NCBI RefSeq assembly: GCF_009834535.1
Contig: NC_045698.1
Span: 15,378,001-15,442,000 of the forward strand
DNA: 64,000 bases
Reading direction: 5' to 3'
Source of the DNA: Camelus ferus
Lineage: Eukaryota
Part shown: in pieces, positions 55,640 through 64,000 of the stretch
Numbering within the stretch: the stretch's first letter is position 1
Layout: the number at the start of each line of letters is the position of its first letter
The notes under the pieces: model-generated
The model's input: the letters and a program-made list of their open reading frames with translations, nothing else
Told to the model about the DNA's origin: nothing
The model's database searches: none
Made by a program: the position numbers and the translations under genes

Positions 55640-57135
55640 ATGGAAAAAAAGGCTAAATTATGAAAATCAGGAATAAAATAGGAGCTATCACTTTTTATCA
55701 TAAATGAGATACATCTTACAAAATAATCTAGTAAACTTATGCCAAAAATTTAGTCAACATAGATAAACTGGATGGATTCCTAGAAAGATATAAATTATCA
55801 TCACTGATCTCAAAATTAAAAAAAAAAATCTTAATAGACTTAAAACAAGTGGAGAAAATTACGCTGTAATTAAAAATTTACCCACCAAGAAAAATTCATG
55901 CCCACATGGCTTCACTGGGAAATTCCAACAACTATTTAGAGACCATACAGTATCAATTCTTCATGAACTCTTTTAGAAAATACCAGCTCGTTCTGTGTCT
56001 TATTACTAAAGCCAAATAAAAGCATCAGGAAAAAAATCAAAGCATGGACTAGTATCACTCACAAACACAGGTACAGAAATTCATTAACAAAAGATTAACA
56101 AGTCAATCCCAGAAGCATATTATAAACCTAGTGAATAATGACTAAATAGCATTTACCTTAGGGATGCAAAGTTACTTTAAAATCCAATAATAATGCGATA
56201 TACCATCTTAATAGAAGAAAGAACAAAAAATCACATAGCCATCTCAGCAGTCAGAATTAGTATTTGACAAAATTTTATCCATATATGATTAAAAAAACTC
56301 TCAACAAATAATGAATAGAAGGCAATATCTTCAACCTGACATAGTAAATCTATAAGAAACCCATAGCTAACATCACACTCAATGGTGAGAAACTAAATAT
56401 TTTCTAACACTGAGCACACGGCAAGAATGTCTGCTCTGACTACACATTCTCCATTACACTTAAGGGTTTACCCCCTGCAATCAAATAAAAAGAAAATGAA
56501 AGTATTCAGATTGGAAAGAAACAGGAAAGTGTTTTTGTTAAAAAATGACAAGATCCTATAGGTAGGAAATCCTAAGAATCCACAAGGAAACTAACGGATA
56601 TAATAGAGTGTATCAAGGCCACAGGCTAAGAGAACAATATAAAAGGTGGCTATTGCATACCTAATATACTATCAAATAATAAATTGAAAATAAAAATAGC
56701 AAAACCATTCAATTCACAATAGAATCAAAGATAATAAAATCTTTAGGAATTAATTTAGCAAAATAAATGCAGGACTTACAAACTGAAATTCACAAATCAT
56801 TGCTCAGAGAAATAAAATGGATTGCTGATGGAGATGTAAAACTGCATAGTCACTTTGGAAAATAGGTCAGAACTTTCTTTAAACATTAAACAGGAACTTA
56901 TAACCTAACAATTCCACTCCTAGGTGTCTAGCCAAGAGGATGAACTGAATGTCCACAAAAAGCCTGGATGCATATTACGGAAGCGTTATGTGTGTAGTTC
57001 CAAACTGGGACCAATTCAAATGTCTGTCTTTCGGTGAATGGATAAACAATGGAATATCCACACAATTAAAAATTCTATAACAATAAAAAGGAAGAAAATA
57101 GTGACATATGCTACATCATGAATGAACTTCAAATC
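55640..57135 (+). mobile_element. Old L1 ORF2 (RT region) and 3' fragment with internal deletion
   Basis: tggattcctagaaagata, atggcttcactgggaaattc, cccatagctaacatcacactcaatggtga, caattccactcctaggt, ggtgaatggataaacaa. Confidence 0.85.
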
Positions 57136-57429
57136 TAGTGTTCTTCATTGATGAGAAAAGAGGACTGACATCACTCCTTACTCAGAGCTTAATTAACTGC
57201 AGAAAGCAAAACATTACAGTGCCTTTCGGTTTCTGAAGTACAAGAGCTTTGCAGAGACTCCAGGCCCAGCTGCCAAGTCTTCCAGAATTCCTGGAGCAGA
57301 TATTAAGATGAACTCTCTTAGAATTCCTGACCCAAAGAAGCTCCATGATAATGTGTTATGCAGCAATAGAAAACGAATCCTGGTGATAAGACATATTAAA
57401 ATATATATTACAAGGAAAGGAGGAGTCTG

Positions 57430-58620
57430 ACTTGGGGGCTGCAGCTGAGATGGGCTCCCTGCAGAGCCCACTGGCCACGGTGGGGGAAGCAGCGTTCATT
57501 TCCAGGCACCGAGTAGGGACTTTGCCCCGAGGGGGCTGTTGCTGGGGCTCGAGCTCTCATTTTGTCCCAGGTCTGCAGACACTTCCAGCAAGTCTTCTGC
57601 TTCCGTGGAGATTGATGCAGCTATCAGCTCCCGTGGTCTCCAAGCCACCTGGAGTGGGGCCACCACTATTTGGAGCCAAATGTTGCCCTGCCCTGACCCA
57701 CAGCGGCTCTGAGCCCACGTTCCTGCCCTCTGTGGGCTGTGGATTGGAACTGGGAAGGGGCTTGCTGGGGACACAGAGCCTGGCCTGGAGGGATTGGCCA
57801 GCAAGGCCAGGGAGGTTGGTGGCAGTCATCTGCTGATGGAGATTACAGCCACCCCCAGGAGTCTCAGCACAAGTCAGCCCCTTTCCTAGGAGCTCCTGGC
57901 CCGCTTCAGAGCTTGGACCTTGAGAGGGAGAAGGACATTCAGGGCATTATATTTGGCATCTGCATAGACGAGATGTGGATCAAGCCAGAGGCCAAACGGA
58001 TCTTCCACGTCCTGCCCAGCTGCACACGCCCACTGTCTGCGCTGCCAGTGATTGTAGCTGAAGAGAGGGCAGGACTCCTCTCTGGACTTCCTTAAGCCTG
58101 TTATCACTGCCGGATCCATTCCAGCCACGTTGTACCCCACGTATTCTATGTGACCACAGAGACTGACAAGGGGCAACCTAGCAGGAACTCCAAGGCTCAC
58201 ATCAGCCAGACTGGAGGCCAGTTCTTCATGTGGGAGAATGGCCACTGTGCCTTCAAGTCTGACTGTGTTTACCTGCACCAGCTCCCAGCTAAGGTCCTTC
58301 CTCACCCAAGAGTGTGCAGCTGGCCTCTGGGAGTGAGGTGCTGAGCCCAGCAGTGTTCTTAGATGATGCCAAGCCAGAGGACCAAGGTGTTCTTTGGGGA
58401 CTGTGCCCTGGTCATGGCCTCGGGTTCAGAATTCCTATGATCCCAACAGCTCTTACCACGGCCTCCAGTACCCAGGATCAATGAGTGGGGCGGAAGGCTG
58501 AGGAGCCCAGGTGTGGCAGGCAGTCGGTGTATTTCCTGTTGGGCTTGGTTGGGGAGGAAAGTAGCACGTGCCCCCCACCGTGGACTGCAGCAGTGAGACA
58601 GTGGGGGACGTGGAGGAAGG
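57430..58620 (+). pseudogene. Processed (intronless) pseudogene of a makorin-family RING/CCCH E3 ligase, antisense within a CDH12 intron
   Basis: GC-rich block. Frameshift-corrected reading: degenerate CCCH RDFA/RGGCCWGSSSHF (~57515-57563); CCCH CRHFQQVFCFRGD*CSYQL (57574-57630); RING FGICIDEMWIKPEAKRIFHVLPSCTR/HCLRCQ*L*LKRGQDSSLDFLK/CYHCRIHSSHVVPH (57952-~58140); C-terminal CCCH GQFFMWENGHCAFKSDCVYLHQLP (58216-58287). Several stops and frameshifts, no introns. Ends are approximate and no polyA/TSD is recognised. Confidence 0.85.
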
Positions 58621-58789
58621 CGAGTGCTCTCGGGAAAGAGAGGGTGTTCTCACTCTCTTATCAGAATCTTGGTTTTTAACTTTGCTCTTTTGTAGGAGGA
58701 TACTGAAGGAAAACCAACAAGATGAACCTAAGCCATCAGAAATAAGGGGTGGGGGGAAGAAGAATGAAGAATGGCATTGCTCCCTGAAT

Positions 58790-59165
58790 TGGTGCTTTTT
58801 TAGCTGGAATCATCTGAAATTTCACTGATTCACCTGTCTGGTGCTTGATGCCGGCAGTTTGCTGGAAATGTACACACGAATACTCACGCATTGTCTCTCT
58901 ATGTAAACTTGACTTCCTCACAACATGGTGGCATGAGGTCAAGGGCATGAATTTCAAGAATGAGAAAAATTCAGACAGAAACTATTGCTTTTATGACCTA
59001 ATGCGGTCACATAGGAACACTTCTCCACTATGTTAGGGCAGTTACCAGCTCCTTTCCAAATTCACGGGAGGAGTAGACTTCACTTCTAGGTAAAAGAAAT
59101 GTCAGCCTCATTGCAAGAAGAACATATGGGATGGGATAGACACAAAGATGCAGCCCTTTTTGGAA
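58790..59165 (-). mobile_element. MaLR LTR (MLT1F/G-like)
   Basis: gctggaatcatctgaa...cacctgtctggtgcttgatg...cttcctcacaacatggtggc...ttgcttttatgaccta. Confidence 0.7.
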
Positions 59166-60374
59166 CCTGGAATCAGAAATCTCTTAGGAATGGGTTCACT
59201 GGTTACTAGTTACTAGCACTGTAACTTTTGATAAATCCTACAAACAAAACAAAAACAAACAAAAAGCCCTCTAAAATTTAAATCTAAAAACTGATATAAA
59301 TTTATGGTTCTTACGCCGTCCTCTTTGGTGCTAAGGAGTTTTACAGGAAACAAAGAGAAGTCATTGGCTTTATCCATAGTTCTCTGTATATGCTATATTA
59401 GTATCCCACATAAGATTTCATTTGACAAAGTGTCCTGGTGATCTACAGAGTTTGAAAAATACAGATCTATAAATAGTTATTTACAGGTGAGAAAACTTAA
59501 GCGTAATCTTGCCCTATGCTTTGTGTCAGAGCCAAGACTGGATTCCAAATCCCCTTACTATGTTTTTTGCACCTTATGATATATATCGATTAACTCAGAG
59601 AGTAAGAAAACACTGAGTGAGGTCTGCCACGTACGTGATGCTCACTCACTTTCAATGAGTCATGTTTATTCTGCAATCTAGCCAGCGTGCTGTGAGGAAG
59701 CCCAGTTTATACTCAAACGTCAAAGAGGTATTTTTGTTTGTTGTTTTTAATCACATAGTAGATACTCAGCAAATGCTGGGCAAATGATAGAAATGTTTCC
59801 AAGAACTAAATGAAAAGTGTAATTGAAAATGTTTTAAAAACCGCAAAGTGCTAACAAACACAATACTCCTATTATGTGAAAATATGCTGGAGTTATTAGG
59901 TTTCCTTATTTTAAAAACGACACCTGCTTTTGAATAACAATTGGAGTTCAAAATTCAATTGTATCAGTATGTACAAAATTGCAACTACAATAACTTCAAG
60001 AATGAAATCTTAGCTTTTTATACCAAAAATTGAATTATAATGCAAACTGAGCAAAATATAGTGAATAAAAAAACACAGGCTCTATTTGTCTTTTTTCTTT
60101 AAATCACTTCACTTTTAAATTACAAGATAAACAGTATCTAATAATAGCTCTGTTCAATTACCATAGTATGATCTGTAGCTAGACTGAGCCATCCATAAAG
60201 AGAATGTAAATTATTCATATAAACCTATGCTAAAGTCAAAAATTACCTTTGGTGCTGTTGATGACAAAAACTGATCTCCAAAGAATAAGAAGTCTTTAAA
60301 AAACCACCAATCAATTTCTTTGCAAAGAACACAGTAGAGAAACTTATTACTGATTTTAAATATTTTCAATAACA

Positions 60375-60500
60375 CAAAGCCTTAGATATTCTGAGTTTCT
60401 TGAGAGCAGAAACCACCTCATATTCATCTTTAAACCTCCAGAGTTTAACACTAGAGTGCCTAATAGATGCTAACAAACTGAACATACCAATAAATAAATA
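60375..60500 (+). mobile_element. L2 3' end relic
   Basis: tgagtttcttgagagcagaaacc...ttcatcttt...aacactagagtgcctaatagatgct. Confidence 0.55.
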
Positions 60501-61099
60501 TACTTTCAAAAACAGACTGAACTGAGAAACAAAAGTTGATTATTACAGCTAATGTAACAGGAATCCTGTGCTGAACATGACCCACTGACACCGTGACAGT
60601 CAATATATTTTCCTTGAATTCACCCATTGCCAGCAAGACCATGGTTAACATTAGGTGCCATTTTACTTTATGTTCAACTATCTATAATTTAACATTTTTT
60701 TCTCAAGTGATTTTCTTTAATATAATAACAGAATTTTAAATTGGTATTTTGAAGGCATGTAAAACCCATTATTGATTTTTGATCAATTTAATTAAAAGGA
60801 GATGCTTTTATACAGGTAGTTAACAGGTCAGTAAACAATCAAATTTGGGAAACAGTCACTTGGAAAAACATAATAAACTGTTAATAGTTTGATTATGTAT
60901 TATTTCTCATTAGTTAAAATCAATTAAATCATGGAAGCAATGAGAATACAGTGCAAAGAATTCAAAGCTGTGTTTTATCCTCTAACCTCCCCTCTCTCCT
61001 ATGTTTCTCATCAAATTAGTTGACCAAAATGTTGTTTCTAGGACCTAAATACTTCTCTTCCCTTCTACCCATTAGCAAGTTTTTTGTTCCCCTGTCTTT

Positions 61100-62280
61100 C
61101 TGTTGTTTCTTTGCCTAACCCTTAAATGGCTAAGTCCACATCATAGAACCACTTCTCGTGGTTTGTACTCACATATTCATTATAGTCTATATGTTGATTA
61201 ATCTCAAATTTATTTATCAGACCTAAGTCTCTCTCCTGGTTTCTTGATCCTTATACACATGACATATATACATGACGACCTGCATGAGCAGCAAGAATAT
61301 AAAATTTAACCTGTTCAAAACTGAGCTCATAATCTTTGCCCAAAACCATTCATTCTATGTTTTCTACCTCAGTTTATGGCACCCCCAGCCCTCCTGCTGC
61401 CTATCTAAAAATCTGAACAGTAATGGTGATTCCTCATTCACCTCATTTCCATATCCAATCAACACCAATTCTTACCATTTTCACCTCTCAACTTTCCTTG
61501 AAATCTCTCCATTTCTTTCTTATTGTCCTTGCCATTACTCTATAAGTCATCAGTTTCTGCCTTAGATTATCCCAAAATTTTTCCATTTTTTCTACCATTT
61601 TCCAACCCTGCTTTACTCCAACCGATTTGCCATTCTGCTTCCAGTATAAATTTTCAACAATGCCAGTCATATCAAATTCTATTTTTGACTATACCTCTTC
61701 AGTATTGACTTTTTACTTCACAATGAAATCAACATTATAATATGCTGGAAAAAATAACCTTCATATTTTGTATCTAGATTCTTTTCATTTGTGGAAGAAG
61801 ATTATTTAGAAGAGGTAAGTACAGAGAGATAGGGACAGAAAGACAAAGAATAAGAGAGACAGAGGAGTTTTATCTTTTACTCACCCTCAATTTATTTACT
61901 TTTTCCTGTACTAAATTACTTTATATTCCTTTGACTGTCTTATGCACTCTTCAACTTCTAGAGCTCGGCATGTGCTATTTCCACCATCTAAAATACCTTT
62001 CTGCCCTCCTTTCCCTCCTAATCTTCTACTTTTCAGTTTAGATGCTGTGTTTTCATGGAGGAATCCCCTTTATCTTTCTGTGTGCTCTCATAATACCCTG
62101 CTTATTTTCCTATTTCCCATGTTAACATTTATAACATGATATTCTTATTGGCAGTTAATCATGTTTGATGCCTAGTAGATTATAAGTCAATATGAGGAAG
62201 ATTTTTTTTCATTGTAAACTTCTGCTCTGAACACAAAGAGCAGTGTTTAATATATAGCAAGAAATGAATAAATGAAGTAG
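61100..62280 (+). mobile_element. L2 LINE fragment
   Basis: Pyrimidine-rich, with aacctgttcaaaactgagctcataatc, ttctacctcagtttatggcacc and the tail aatgaataaatgaa. Confidence 0.7.
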
Positions 62281-63399
62281 TAAAATTTTGCTGTTACATT
62301 TATATTTATGATAAACATAAATTTCTTGAAAAATTAATAAAAGTTATGATATAATAATGGTCCCTTAAGATTTAATATGTCATATATTTCAAATAGCCAT
62401 AAAGCTCACCATTTATTCATTAATTATGTACACATCCATATGTTCCAGAGAGTATGATAAATCACAGGCATCAGAGATGTATAAGATAAAGTTCCTGATA
62501 ATAAGAATTTCACAGCTGAGAGGCTCACTATACAAATAAATGAAATACAATATAGTTCATGAAGTCAATGATATTTTCAATGTAAAAATTTTTTTTTTAT
62601 TTTTGAATTCTATTTTTGGTATGTGATGTTAAAAGGAATTTTCTGTACATATCTAAACATAATTTTTTAATCCAAATTTCAACCTTCAGGTGGAAAGTTT
62701 GTCATTTGGTTTTAATTTCCTGAGAAAAATCAGATACTAATTAAGAAAAAAACAACAAGGCTTTCATTATTATTTTGGATGTGATTTTGATAGAGCAGTT
62801 TTACCGATTTAAATGACTCCTAAGTAGTTTGATTATGGTAGTGTACCCATAAGCAGCTGAAAGTTTAAAATAAAATATAAACAATCACAACAAATTTGTA
62901 TTCCATTATATTTACACATCATATAATAGTAAGAAAAATAGTACCATTTCTAAATTAAGTGGATGATTATGGTGATGTTAATGATTATTATTTTAATGTA
63001 TATTATACACTGAAGGTTTCATGAAATAGTTGAATATTTATACTTTCTTCACAGTATGTATTACATTTACAAGTACTATTAAAATGTTGCCAATACTATT
63101 AGAAATAAAACTTAACTTTCTTTGAGAATACAAAATAGTGCCATATAGTCACTTAGAGAAAAGAAAGGAAATTAGTAAATGGTAGATAAACTACCTACAC
63201 TCATACGTGTAAAGGAGGGTATTCATGAAGAGTAAGAGAAAGGCAATTATTTGAGAAATAAAAAGAAAAAAATAATGACTTCAATCCAGAATGGAAACCA
63301 ATGGTTACATTTAGTCCTCAAAAGCCAGCTGCACTCTCTGAGTAAATACATCTCTTCACAGTAACATTACACTCTTTAGCATCCCCAAATCCATGCCAA

Positions 63400-63590
63400 T
63401 CTTTAAAAGTCTGGAGAATTTGGTACACTGGTTCCAACATCAATATCCATTAATAACCTAGGTATCCTGTTTAAAAAAGAGATTTCTTGGCAATAATCCT
63501 GAAAATTCTGATCCAGTATGTCTTGAATGGGGTCCAGGAATACTGTTCCCAGGTGATTCTGATTCAGGTAACCGTTGAGAAGTTAAAGAA
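63400..63590. mobile_element. MER5-like DNA transposon
   Basis: aaattctgatccagtatgtcttgaatggggtccaggaat...cccaggtgattctgattcagg...ttgagaa. Confidence 0.65.
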
Positions 63591-64000
63591 CAGTAGTAAA
63601 AAAGAAAGGCCAACCTGTATGTCCATTCTCAATAAATGTGCATATGGCTTACAGTGCTCTTTTGAAGAAACACTGGCCAAATTAGAAAGAAATGTCTACT
63701 GCTCACCACTGCAGAAAGTCTGGAGTCAGGCCTGTCACTTGATCCTGGTGAGGTTAACCGTGGTCACCCAGGTGGATACGGTGTAACCCAGTCAGTGCTG
63801 GCTTATAGGAATGCAGGTCCCTGTGCAACTACCTTCCAGACCCACCAGCTGGGGAAAGCTGGGGAAGTGACATATGCTTCTTTGGACATATATTAAACTG
63901 GGAACACATAGAAACAGCAGGAATGAGGATTGGTTCAAAAATGCACCTGAAAAACTTTGCAGTTTCTCAGTGAGGCATTTAAGGCTCTCTTTGATAAGTC

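Noticed and set aside
57432..58344. Functional makorin gene or CpG-island promoter
   Set aside because: Multiple stops, frameshifts and lost zinc ligands. The GC richness is explained by the coding origin of a retrocopy.
52475..64000. Next upstream CDH12 exon (EC4)
   Set aside because: No cadherin-like segment with splice sites was found by eye. It probably lies beyond the window, though a short exon could have been missed.
1..64000. tRNA, rRNA or snRNA genes, or an intact autonomous retroelement
   Set aside because: None recognised. All L1, L2 and LTR copies are truncated or full of stops. A covariance-model search was not run.

Overview
AT-rich mammalian (eukaryotic) genomic DNA, probably an even-toed ungulate and possibly a camelid, judged only from L1 3' ends and the absence of recognisable lineage SINEs. 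The only protein-coding gene is the 3' part of the type II classical cadherin CDH12 on the minus strand. Four coding exons are present (52353-52474, 48809-48926, 44762-45013, 41388-41887), all with GT-AG sites and compatible phases, followed by a 3' UTR. More upstream exons are not seen and probably lie beyond 64000. Positions ~1-39,600 are downstream intergenic DNA rich in old repeats (L1, L2, MIR, MaLR/ERV LTRs, MER5 hAT elements). The most notable unannotated object is a decayed, intronless makorin-like retrocopy (CCCH-CCCH-RING-CCCH) at ~57.43-58.6 kb, antisense within a CDH12 intron, that does not look like MKRN1/2/3. Smaller oddities are a diverged ~260 bp direct duplication, an inverted duplication inside an old L1, and a (CAG)6(CAC)5(CAT)12 compound microsatellite. 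I found no convincing evidence for a novel functional system. Most short ORFs in the track are repeat-derived or random. Repeat family names and boundaries are by eye and approximate.
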